A DNA stretch of 64,000 nt from Mobula hypostoma (Eukaryota). A program made the position numbers and the translations under genes. Where the stretch lies: NCBI RefSeq assembly GCF_963921235.1, contig NC_086107.1, forward strand, positions 106,394,001 to 106,458,000. Reading direction: 5' to 3'. Positions 12,284 through 24,499 of the stretch are shown piece after piece. The notes under the pieces were generated by a model. That model saw only the letters and a program-made list of their open reading frames with translations. It was not told where the DNA came from and did not search any database. The first letter of the stretch is position 1. Each line of letters opens with the position of its first letter.

Positions 12284-14959
12284 CTGCCACACAAAAGTAA
12301 AGTTAACCTTGAAAAGACATGAAGAGGAAGACTTACATTTCTATAGTGTCTTCAATATCCCACCCAAAGGCCCACAAAAGGTTTTACAGACAACTACGAA
12401 CTTTAAGTGTAATCACCACTGTATCATACAAAACAACCCAGCCAATTTACGCACAGCAAGCTTTTACAAATGGCAATGCGATAATTGTTGGTAGAATCTC
12501 AGAAGGTGACGAAAGGGCGCACAGGAGCGAAATATACCAGCTAGTTGAGTGCTGTCACAGCAATAGCCTTGCACTCAATGTCAGTAAGGCCAAAGAACTG
12601 ATTGTGGACTTCAGAAAGAGCAAGATAGAGAAGACACACCAGTCCTCACACAGGGGTCAGAAGTGACAATTTCAAGTTCCTGGGTGTAAATATCTGAGGA
12701 CCTAACATGGACCCAACATATCAATGCAGCTATGAAGAAGGCAAGACAGCGGTTATATTACATTAGAGATTTGAGATTTGGTATGTCATCAAAAACACTT
12801 GCAAGTTTCTACAGATGTACTGTGGAGAGCGTTTTAACACCCAGCACATGCCCCCTTCACATTGCTGGTGATATTAAACCTGATTCTGGTAATTGAACAA
12901 TGTGTTTTCAGTCATGTTGAAAGGAACTTAAATATTGACCCCCAGAGAGCAGTGTGAAACCATAATTTCCATCGTCGAACAATTATTTTGGTCTCATGTG
13001 TACTGGAAATGACATTAAACAATCTTGAATTCTAATACGATTTGTTAAGTAGGATGCCGTGCCCAATCCTGATTTGATGGAGACGGATGTGAGAAACACG
13101 GAGGAACATCCAGTGAAACTTCTGGAATGCTTGTTTCGCTGCTGCTGCTACTGTGCAATCCAGAATCTCCGAGGGGAAGGCCCCAAATCCTCGACTTTGC
13201 TTGTTGCTTGGCGGCCGGGGTCAAAGCGCTCGGCAGAGATGGTGCTCGGTGTCGGAGGCTCGAAGTTTTCGGATGGACTCAGAGTCGGCTGGGGTCGGGT
13301 GCTTCCAGGGTGCTGCATCGGCAAGTTTGCGGCGCTGGAGGTTCACGGCAGGGAGAATTTTTCTTCCTTCTACCGTCTGCGTGAGATGATGGGGCTATTG
13401 GGACTTTGATACTTTTTTTTAAACCGTGCCCATGGTCTGCTCTTTATCAAATTACGGTATTGCTTTGCACTGTTGTAACTATATGTTATAATTATGTGGT
13501 TTCTGTCAGTTTTAGTCTTGGTTTGTTTTGTGTTTCTGTGATATCATACCGGAGGAACATTGTATCATTTCTTAATGCATGCATTACTAAATGACAATAA
13601 ACTAGGACTGAGTGCCCTCATAATCTAATCTAATCTATTCTATTCTTTTTTAAATCCATCTGAAAGAGCAAATAGGGATTTGGACCAATGTCTCATCTGG
13701 AGGGCAGCATGTCTATCAGTGCAGCACCCCCTCTGTACTGCTTTGAAATTTTCAGCTGGAATTTCATGCGTATATCTCTGGAACTGAAAAAGGTAGCAAA
13801 ATATCCCCATAGTTAATGGTGAGGACCAATATTACAGGCTCTGGAGTTCAGAACAGTAATGGTTACATTGAAATCACAAATTAATTGACAGTGAAACAAA
13901 TACTTTAGAAGGCCTGTTGGAGTAGAACTGAGAGGTTGACTGGGGAATCTAAAACTGAGGGCACAGCATGAGGCTATGAAGTTAACCATTTAAGATTCCG
14001 CTGGGGAAATCTTTCTACATGTAGGGTGTTGAGTGTCTTTGGAACTTCCTACCCAGAGCTGCAGAAAGTTGTGAACACACTCAGCTTCATCATGGGCACT
14101 AGCATCTGTAGCACTCAGGGCATCTTCAAGGAGCAATGTCTCAAAAAGGTGGCATCCATCATTAACGACGTTCATCACCCAAGGACATGCCCTCTTCTCT
14201 TTCCATTGGGGAGGAGGTACAGAAACCTGAAGACACACACTCAATGATCCAGGAACAGATTCTTCCCCCCGCCATCAGATTTCTGAATGGACATTGAACC
14301 CATGAACACTACCTCACTACATTTTTAACACACACGTACATAAACACAGACCGAATAACACAAACACATACAATTTTATGTATTGCATTGTACTGCTGTC
14401 GCAAAAACACAAATTTCACAACATCTGCCAGTGATATTAAACCAGAGTATAATTAAGGTTAAGAGACAAATAAAATATTTCAGCAAAGCCTTTAATGAAT
14501 TAAAATGTGCCCTGTAGATGCAGATCAATGTGGAAGAAGACACTTTAACGAATAATAGCATTCGTGGGTCGAAGGCTCCTTCCAGAACATTAACCTTACT
14601 CCATTAGATGCTGACTGCACGGATGCATAAAAACAGCATTTTGTTTTTACTTTATATTTTTCTGTTGGCAATCCAAGTGGCAATAATATTACAATTTAAC
14701 TAGTCTATACTTGTACTTTATCAAGTGACAACATTGCATCAGCTATGTGCATGTTTCACAATTATATGAAGAAACACTGTGGTTTACTTAACAGGACAAA
14801 TAATCCAGAAAGCATACCCAAAGATTACCTTTTGCATCTACCACCATAGATACTTCCAGCAATTGGGCTTCCACCTTCCTCCACCTGAAACTTCTCTTTA
14901 TCTCAGTTTTAAGTGTCTTATCCCAGTTCCTCGGCATTTTCTCATTTTACTTGTATTGA

Positions 14960-15110
14960 GTGCTGGCTATGGACCAAGAGATGTGACTCATGGACCAGTG
15001 GTGCTAGGACATAAGCCAAGGCCTGATCGACGCTGGCTGAGAGCGTCTGATGTTGAAACACCTGATGACCCCAAGTTACATCACTGGTGACGTGTCCTAG
15101 CATGTATCTC
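14960..15110 (+). mobile_element. Second HERO-like family, extreme 3' remnant
   Basis: Encodes CWLWTKRCDSW..*, like the HERO C-terminal WLWxKR motif, followed by a 3'UTR sharing GAAACnCCTGAnGAC...ACTGRTGA with the 29-30 kb copy. Confidence 0.55.
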
Positions 15111-15231
15111 AGCATTAAAGGAAAACAAATTAACCCGGAGGGGAGAAAAAACTTCAGAAGTCCCAGATAAGTTGAAATGAAAACCAGTTCCATGGGGAAC
15201 CAATGCTAAAATTCAATGAAGCAAACAAGCA

Positions 15232-16520
15232 CAGGCCAAGTACCCCCTCATCCAAATTGCTTGGGGCCAGAAGTGTTTCGGATTTCAGATTCTGGGATAG
15301 CTTGGGATCGCCATCATTTCCGACTGAATTAACGTGCTACTGGTAAGCAGTCTATGTCTTAGACTACTTCATCACACACATGTACGTTACAGTAAAAATG
15401 ATTAAATACCATTAATATGGGGCGGCAACGGTAGCGTAGTGATTAGCACAAAGCTTTACAGTACCAGCGACCAGGGTTCAATTCCCACCGCTGCCAGTAA
15501 GGAGTTTGTATATTCTCTCTGCGACCATGGCGGGGCTGGGGGGGGGGGGGTCCTCCCACAGCCCAAAGGCATACCAGTTGGTAGGTTAATTGGTCATTGT
15601 AAATTGTCCCGTGATTCGGCTAAGGTTAAAGCAGGGATTGTTGGGCGTTTCAAAGGTCGAATTTGTCAGAGAAATGTATACAATATATATCCTGAAATGC
15701 TTTTTCTTTACAAACATCCACAAAAACGGAGAAGTGCCCCAAAGAATGAACGACAGATAAACTTGAGAGCCCCAAAGTTCCCCTCCCAGATCCCCCCACC
15801 CGCGCCCAAGTGGTGCGGCTCGAAGGGCCTATTGTATCTCAATAGATAAATAAGTAATGAAAATATACTGGGTGCAGGGTAAGAAAAGCAGCATTGGGAG
15901 AATACCTGAATCAGCTGCCGAACAACGACAAACAACTGCAGGCCTTCAGTCTCCACCTACGATGCTGTGTTTTGATTACAAGGTCACACTATATTTGTTT
16001 TTACTTTTTTTTTAAAAAGGTTTTATGTAAGGTATAAAAACTATCAGCATTGTAGACTTGTTAGATTTTCGTCATCAATGATCTTGGCAAACTCTATGAA
16101 CTTCTCTGCTGCTTCACGATCAGCAGACGCTTTATCTTTAAAGTTTTTTAAAACCTTCAAAAATTCAATGCCGCACCTGTTCTAAAATGTCTGCAACCAG
16201 CCCGGTGAATATTCACAATTACTTTCAATTTTTAGTTCATTGGGATAGATCTTTGTTTGTTTCATGATCAACATGCAGTGAAGCAGCATATGTTCGGTCC
16301 GACACTGATGAATACATCTTTCAAAACATGATCAAGATACTTATGCAGCATTTTCCTATTTTTCACTTCTGTTCACTATGTTTGTGACATCACTTCTCAA
16401 AGACCTGTGCATTGCCTGGGAACCTTCCCAAGGTCTTATTTGTGACGTCGTGTCAGTGCTCAGAAACAAAAATTGGATTCCGGAGGTTTCAGATTTTTTG
16501 GATAAGGGGTGCTCATTGCA
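15232..16520. mobile_element. Tigger/pogo-like DNA transposon remnant with nested SINE (15420-15850)
   Basis: Degenerate TIRs ..AGTACCCCCTCATCCAAA / TTTGGATAAGGGGTGCTC with subterminal (TTTCGGA)-like repeats. Confidence 0.65.
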
Positions 16521-18304
16521 ATACTACCATAGAAATACAAGCAATTTCAGAGCATTCCAAAGCCATGGAGAGTAAATGAAGTACCAACCCTAATGTAGTC
16601 AAAATTGGAATGAATGAAAAGCTAGGGTATTTGCAGACAACAATGTGACAATAACCCTCTATGTATTTCAGTGCTGATGATTAAGGAATAATATTGACCA
16701 AAACACTTGGGAGAACTTCCTTGTTTTTCTAAAACAGGGCCTGTGTCAATCCAGGATCATGGATATGGTCTGTTTATAGAGGCGGATTGGTAAGTGCATC
16801 ATACCCCTGGCTCCGTGTGAAAGATTTCACATTTCCTGTCCTGCACTCACACCTAACGTTACTAGGGAACTGCTGAGGTAATGTTAGGTGTCATATAAAT
16901 ACATGGTCTTTCTTTTCCAGAAGTTCAAAGTCAATTGATTATCAAAGTACGCATATGTCACCATATACTACCCTGATTCATTTTCTTGCATTCACAGTAG
17001 AACAAATAGAATCACTACACAGTAGAAAACTACACACAGACTGATAAACAGTATGCAAAAGATGAACTGCAAATACAAAAAATAATAAATAAATCTGAGA
17101 ACATTAGCTGTAGCATCCTTGAAAGTGAGTGCACTTTCAGGTTTTAAGCACAAATGATCAGAATCAAGTTTAATATGTCGTGAAATTTGTTGTTAATGGC
17201 AGTAGGTAGTGTTCATGTGTTCAACGTCCATTCAGCAATCGGACGGCAGAGGGGAAGCTGCTCTTGAATCATTGAGTGTGCGCCTTCAGGCTCCTGTACC
17301 TCCTCCCCGATGGTTACATTGAGAAAGGGGCATGTCCTGGGTGACTGGGGGTCCTTAATGATGGACATCGCCTTTTTGAGGCATCGCTCCTTGAAGATGT
17401 CCTGGTTACTGAGGAGGCTGGTGCCCATGATAAGAGTTGATTGGGTTAACAACTTTCAGCTTACTTCAATCCTTATTTCGACCTTCCCCCACACCAGGCG
17501 CTGATGCAGCCAGCTAGAATGCTCTCCATGGTACTTCTGAAGAAATTCGAGAGTGCCTTCGGTGACATACCAAATCTCAAATCTCAAATCTCAAAAGAGA
17601 TTAAAGGATATTCTGGTGAAGAATTATGATACTCATCTAAAGATCATTCCATCCCACCAAAAATTATTGCCAGTACTTAGTGAAAATTAGTTTCAGAGGT
17701 ACATACTGCCTTAGAAACACATAGCAGGAACTTTAGCAGTTTGGATTTGAAGAAACTGTTTCCAGAAAAGGAGAATCTATAATCAGAAGATTCAATTTGA
17801 AATAATTGGCAGAAGATCTAAAGAGGAGAGAATGTTTTTTCCAAAAAAACCACCAAATTGTTGTGAACTAGCTTTCAATGACTTCATTCACTAATAAATT
17901 TTAAAAGACAATCATACGAATTCCAAGGGGGACTAGTACAGGGTTTGAGGAACCATGAGGCGTTCTTCAAAAGAGATGGTATAGGCAAAATGGGCCGAAT
18001 AGCCTGCTTTTCGTATGCTTCTGTGATTTTAATTGCAGTGGGATACAGCATCTGGATGCAATCATAAGTGCAATCCGAATATAGCTCTGAGATGAGGCAT
18101 AAAAAGATAAAACAGATTTTGAAAGTGCTTTCCAAATTCTGAGTGCTTTTTTTAAACCGTGTGTGTAGATAAATTGCAAAAAGAACATCAGAACGTAGGC
18201 CGGAAACCCCTGCTACAGCTCTACTGGACACAACCACCAATCCCCATCTTTATTAAATGATCACTATATATGTGCAAGTGACTGGAAACTGAGACACTCT
18301 GGCC

Positions 18305-18685
18305 ATTCATCATTATCGTCATTATGTGCCATTTCGTATGACATACACAATCATGGTCTCAAGATCATGATTGCTCTTGGCTAATTTTCTACAGAGTGGT
18401 TTTCTATTGCCTTCTTCTGGGCAGTGTCTTTACAAGACACATGATCACAGCCATTATCAATACTCTTCAGAGACTGTCTGCCTGGTGTCAGTGGTCGCAT
18501 AACCAGGACTTGTGATATGCACCAGCTGCTCATACGACCATCCACCACCTGCTCCCATGGCTTCACATAACCCTGACCGGTGGGGTGGAAGGACGGGTGT
18601 GCTAAGCAGGTGCTACACCTTGCCCAAGGGTGACCTGCAGGCTAGCGGAGGGAAGGAGTGCCTTTCTGCTCTACACCTCCATTCC
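18305..18685 (-). mobile_element. RTE-type non-autonomous SINE-like element (copies 36830-37155, 4355-4505)
   Basis: Three homologous copies. Minus strand contains GAAGAAGGCAATGGCAAACCACT (Bov-A-like) and a (TGA)n-like tail. Confidence 0.7.
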
Positions 18686-18782
18686 ACCACCCAAGTCAGT
18701 GACGTGTGTAATTGGGCAGTGTGGGCTTGTTGGGCCAGAAAGGCCTGTTACTATGCTGACCATCTAAACTTAAAATTACAAA

Positions 18783-19978
18783 CTAGACAACGCGGTGACC
18801 CGTTGGGGCACCCTTTGAGAGAAGGGTAGTGCAGTCTGATGTGACCAGAATGAACATTAACTTTTCCTGAATGCTATTGGTATCACTTTGCTTTGGAAAC
18901 TGAAGTAGAAAACTGAAGTAGAAAACCTCAGCTTATTAAAGAAGAATGACACTTTTGATGGCATCATTTCTGGTTTATCTGCCACTCTTGTGCCTCTCAT
19001 CGTCATTCTAGAGAAGTGCAGTCCTTTCATCCCGCCTCTTCATCTTTACTGCTGTTTGTTCTGTCTCTGATCCTGGAGACGTGCATTTCTCAGCTCCTTT
19101 GTCTCTTCCTCTCTCCTCCTTCTGTGCCTGTTTTTGTCATTCTGGAGATGTGCAGCCTTTTCATCCCCCATCTCTTCATCTCTTCTGCTGTTTGTTGTTT
19201 GTCTCTGATCCTGGAGACATGCATGCCTCTCCTCCTCTGTCTCATCTTCTTCCACCTTTTTTTGTCCTGACTCTTTGACCCTGGAGTCGTGCAGCCCTGG
19301 CCTCTTCCGATTCTTGTCCTCTCTCTCTCTTTGCCGCTTCCCGACGATGTTTGGCGTCATCTCTTGACCATAATGTCCCCTTTCCCTTTCCACCTGGCAT
19401 AATTAGGCTGACCTTTTTTTAAACCCTAATGCTGGATAGAAGATACGATTCAGTAACACCAAAGGATGCTGATTATTCGATGATGTGGTTGGCGCTATCC
19501 TAAATAGACTTGATATAGTCACCACTGTCCTTTGACTTCAGCAAAGGGTTTTATGGGTGTCTCGAAGTACATCATTACAATAAGATTTAATTATCTCTTA
19601 TTGATGGGTCTCAGTTAGATCTGTCCCAATCCTGCACATGCTGATGGTGATTAGCAGAATGTGACACCTCGAAATAGAGGTGCCCTGCCCTTTTGCTCCA
19701 GTAGGTGTCACTGCTGAGGCTGGTCGTGCGCATGCGTTGGGCTGTCACGTCCTGAGTTCCATGACGGCGGATCGGCTCTCGGGTGAATGCGAGCCTGTTG
19801 ATTTTTGGCGAATGAGCAATTTTATACGAATATATAACCCTGAACTTTGCCTGCATTCTGCAAGTTAGGGCACTTTAATTCGATTTAGTCAAAAAAAGTG
19901 CCGCTGTAATGAACCATTTGCACTAATTGGAGGTCACAAACAGACAGACAGAGCATGAGAGTTTTAGTAGTATATAGA
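18783..19978 (-). mobile_element. Non-autonomous Helitron (rolling-circle transposon), 1196 bp, both termini intact
   Basis: Minus strand starts A|TCTATATACTACTAAAA...CTGTCTGTCTG and ends CTAG|T, with no TSD. GC-rich hairpin (ggtgaccc-gtt-ggggcacc, 18794-18812) lies 11 nt from the 3' end. Internal frameshifted ORF from 19400 has 23-aa E(S/T)xExRxARLQxQR repeats. Confidence 0.88.
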
Positions 19979-20207
19979 TTGCACGACTGAGCCACCCCTT
20001 CGAGAGACTGGGACCAATCCATGACCAGATCATTCATCTACAAAACCACCTGAAATTTCAATGACGTCTTGTGAGAAGTAGAGGGGGAGTGGGGAGGGGG
20101 CTGTGGGGTTCTGACATTTTTAACATTTTAACTGCCACTCACTCTTTGGGGCACTCTTCTATTTTTGTGGATGTCTGTGAAGAAAAAGAATTTCAGGATG
20201 TATAGTG

Positions 20208-21042
20208 CAGCGGTCCCCAACCACCAGGCCGCGAAGCATGTGCTACCGGTCCGTGAGGAAACGATATGAGTCAGCTGCATCTTCCCTCATTCCCTGTCAC
20301 GCACTGTTGAACTTGAACATAGGGTTGCCAACTGTCCCGTATTTGCCGGGACATCCCGTATATTGGGCTAAATTGGTTTCTCCCATACAGGACCGCCCTT
20401 GTCCCCTATTCCCCCGCTAAGGTAGAGTATTCCTATCAAACCTTTTGTGACGAAATGGCGTAAAGTGAAGAAGCAAGTACCATTAATTTATATAGGAAAA
20501 ATTTTTGAGCGTTCCCAGACCCAAAAAATAACCTACCAAATAACACATAAAACCTAAAATAACTCTAACATATGGTAAAAGCAGGAATGATAGGATAAAT
20601 ACACAGCCTATATAAAGTAGAAATAATGTATGTACAGTGTAGTCGGGAAGATTAAGCTAAAACCAATTTGTGGAAAAAAAAATCGACACGTACACGCATG
20701 CACACACAGGTGCCCGCGCAAGGCTTCATGGTCATGGTAGTCTTTCTCGGGGTAAACACAAGTGTCCCGTCAACACACACAAAAAATGCTGGTGAACGCA
20801 GCAGGCCAGGCAGCATCTATAGGAAGAGGTACAGTCGACGTTTCGGGCCCGGACCTTCCGTCAGGATTTGACTGCTACTTTTGTCCCTTATTTGGGAGTG
20901 AGGAAGTTGGCAACCCTAACTGTAAAAGACATGCTGAGGTGAGATTAACCCCACTTGAACACCGCCCGCCCCCCACCCCCGGTCAGCAAGAATATTGTCA
21001 ATATTAAACCGGTCCGCAGTGCAAAAAAGGTTGGGGACCCCA
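20208..21042. mobile_element. Composite hAT (Charlie-like) non-autonomous element with inner TAGGGTTGCCAAC-TIR unit and a Penelope pLTR fragment
   Basis: Outer TIR CAGCGGTCCCCAACC..GGTTGGGGACCCCA with perfect 8-bp TSD gtatagtg (20200-20207, 21043-21050). Inner TIRs tagggttgccaac (~20320) / gttggcaacccta (~20918). pLTR piece at 20771-20866. Confidence 0.82.
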
Positions 21043-21792
21043 GTATAGTGTATACATTTCTCTGAGGTTAAGTGGAACCATTGAACTGTCCTCCCATTTA
21101 TCAATGCTGCCTTGGCCATCAATGTCAAGATTTCACGCACCACAGCAACACACACACAGAATGCTAGCTGAACTCAGCATCTATGAAAATGAATAAACAG
21201 CCGATGTTTCAGTCTGAGACCCTTCATCATAACTCGCTCATGACGTACCTCCACCCCAGCTGGCAGAGTTGGTAAAAGTGCAACTTGGGACAGGTCCATC
21301 AGAAGTAGTTTAAAATCAATTCTGACAGCCCAGGGGTTTGGGTGCTTTTCTTTCTCCTAAGTGCATATGTCTCAATGACATGGCATTAAATGTAAATACC
21401 TCTCAAACAAGCCACCTCCGAGTGACATGCAGGATCTTATTATGACTGACCTGGGTGTGGGCGTTATGTCTCTCTTTGAATGGTTTGTACGCTCTCCATC
21501 TGTGCTGACAACTCGGCCTCGTAAAAAATCAGATGCTAAAGTAATGGAAAGTTTGCCACCCAAAGCATCACAAGGCGTGGGAGGAACTCAAAAAATTGCC
21601 AGAAGCACGATAAAACAAAAGTAAAATGGTATTTTTTTTCTTGACACACACAGTGGGTTAACAACACTGTTCATGCCAGAATGAAGCCTTCCTGAGTTTT
21701 GTGGCTGTCAACATTTTAGCCATAGGAGCATCTCACCTCCTCAAAGAACCATTGAGCAAGCTAACAGGCTGTTTGATCCAAGTCATCTCCAC

Positions 21793-21873
21793 CAGGGGTT
21801 CCCAACCCTTTTTTATGCCATGGACCAATACCATTAAACAAGGGGTCCGTGGATCCCAGGTTGGGAATCCCTG
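21793..21873. mobile_element. ~80-bp hAT MITE (other copies 30338-30417 and, inverted, 40713-40792)
   Basis: CAGGGGTTCCCAACC..GGTTGGGAATCCCTG with 8-bp TSD atctccac/atctacac; three homologous copies in the window. Confidence 0.85.
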
Positions 21874-22299
21874 ATCTACACTGATCACTGAGAACCTTCT
21901 TGTATCAATCCCATCATCCAGCACTTGGCTCATAGCCCCCTGCGTCTACGTGATCCAAATGTCCATTTGCACAATTCCGAAATGCCCCAGATGTAAACAC
22001 TTTCTCAGGTTTTGCGTTCCATGTACCCACCACTCAGGGTACAGCAAGTCCCCTCAAATCCCCTCTCAGTCTCTTCCTCTTGACCCTAAACCGATGTCCT
22101 CTATCTTTACCTACCTTTGACATGGGAAATATTTCCTGCAGTCTACTCCATCTATACCCCTCATTATTTTATACAGCTCAGTCATATTCCTTCTCAACAT
22201 CCTCCACTCCAGGGAGAAAAGATCGAGTTCCTCTACCCTCTCCTCGTAACTGAAATGCTCCATCCCAGCAGACATCTCGGTGAACCTTCTGCAGATGTT

Positions 22300-23835
22300 G
22301 GAAATCTCAGGGGTGTACTTCAGGGGTATGTGCTTAACCCACTGCTCTACTCTCTATATACACATGATTGTGGCTAGGCATAGCTCAAATACCATCTATA
22401 AATTTGCTGACGATACAACCATTGTTGGTAGAATCTCAGGTGGTGATGAGAGGGCATACAGGAACGAGATATGCCAACTAGTGGAATGGTGCCGCAGCAA
22501 CAACCTGGCACTCAACGTCAGTAAGACAAAAGAGCTGATTTTGGACTTCAGGAAGGGTAAGACAAAGGAACACATACCAATCCTCATAGAGGGATCAGTA
22601 GTGGGGAGAGTGAGCAGTTTCAAGCTCCTGGGTGTCAAGATCTCTGAGGATCTAAGCTGGTCCCAACATATTGATGTATTATAAAGAAGGCAAGACAGCG
22701 GCTATACTTCATTAGGAGTTTGAAGAGATTTGGCATGTCAATAAATACACTCAAAAACTTCTACAGTTGTACCGTGGAGAGCATTCTGACAGGCTGAATC
22801 ACTGTCTGGTATGGAGGTGCTACTGCACAGGACCAAAAGAAGCTGCAGAAGGTTGTAAATCTAGTCAGCTCCATCTTGGGTACTAGCCTACAAGTAACAT
22901 CTGCCAGACGATGCTGAGGATGTTCTACGAGTCTGTGGTGGCCAGTGCGATCATGTTTGCTGTTGTGTGCTGGGGCAGCAGGCTGAGGGTAGCAGACACC
23001 AACAGAATCAACAAACTCATTCGTAAGGCCAGTGATGTTGTGGGGATGGAACTGGACTCTCTCACGGTGGTGTCTGAAAAGAGGATGCTGTCTGTAAGTT
23101 GCATGCCATCTTGGACAATGTCTCCCATCCACTACATAATGTAGTGGGTGGGCACAGGAGTACATTCAGCCAGAGACTCATTCCACCGAGATGCAGCACA
23201 GAGCGTCATAGGAAGTAATTCCTGCCTGTGGCCATCAAACTTTACAACTCCTCCCTGGGAGGGTCAGATACCCTGAGCCAATAGGCTGGTCCTGGACTTA
23301 TTTCATAATTTACTGCCATAATTTACATATCACTATTTAACTATTTATGGTTCTATTACTATTTATTATTTATGGTGCAACTGTAACGAAAACCAATTTC
23401 CCCCAGGAGCAATAAAGTATGACTATGACTAAGTACCCAGGGAGCAGTATCTCAGAAAGGCAGCGTCCATTATTAAGGACCTCCAGCACCCAGGGCATGC
23501 CCTTTTCTCACTGTTACCATCAGGTAGGAGGTACAGAAGCCTGAAGGCACACACTCAGCGATTCAGGAACAGCTTCTTCCCCTCTGCCATCCGATTCCTA
23601 AATGGACATTGAACCCTTGGACACTATCTCACGTATTAAAATATACAGTATTTCTTTTTTTTTGCACTTTGTAAAATCTATTCAATATACATACACTATA
23701 ATTGATTTATTTATTATTACTATTTTTATTGTATTTATTTTTTTTTCTCTTCTATATATGGATTGCATTGAACTGCAGCTGCTAAGTTAACAAATTTCAC
23801 GTCACATGCCGGTGATAATAAATCTGATTCTGATA
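22300..23835 (+). mobile_element. Rex1/Babar-clade LINE 3' portion (RT) with a second Rex1-family LINE nested at 22897-23430
   Basis: GVLQGYVLNPLLYSLYTHDC..KFADDTTIVG..LNVSKTKELILDFRK and an (GATTCT)n tail. Nested copy MLRMFYESVVASAIMFAVVCWG.. has a (TATGAC)n tail and TSD aagta. Confidence 0.85.
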
Positions 23836-24499
23836 TCCAGAGCAACACGCAACATGCAACACACACACACACAAAATGCTGGAGAAACTCAGCAGGTCAG
23901 GCAGCATCTATAGAGGGAAATGAAAGTCGATGTTTCAGGCCGAGACCCTGGTGGGTCGTGGTGGGGAAGGAGTACCAGCTAGGATGTGATAGGGGAAACT
24001 AGGTGAGGGGGGAAGATTGATTGGTGAATCTTCTCTGCACCCTCATCACCATTATCACATCCTTCATATACTTTGGTGAGCAGAACTGCATGCTAAGATC
24101 TGACCAAGTTGGAGAATAACCTCATACTTCTGTATTCAGTGCTCTGACTAATGAAAGCCAGTATCTCATCAGCCTTCCTAACCACACTGTCTTTTTTCAC
24201 ATTTTCTCATCTCTGTTGAAGTTTCTTTATCCACTCATCTCGAGCCAACAAAAATCAGGCACAATGATTTCCTCTGGATGAGTAACTGGTGCCTAAACCC
24301 TCCTCGCATAAAAACATTGTAGAGATTGGCGCTAAATGACTCAATCTCCATTTTCTGAAGATTGTTTTCAGTGGGTTGAATCAAAAGGCTGTGGTCCAAG
24401 TCACACACACTGACTAATTTGGCCAGCTCACGTAAATAGCAGGACAGGCCAATGCTGGCTGTTTTCAGACAGATTAAGAAATGAGGAACATGAGAAAGT

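Noticed and set aside
15420..15500. tRNA-like sequences with A/B boxes (also ~9990, 41290, 60770)
   Set aside because: SINE heads that continue into V-SINE core sequence; no complete cloverleaf.
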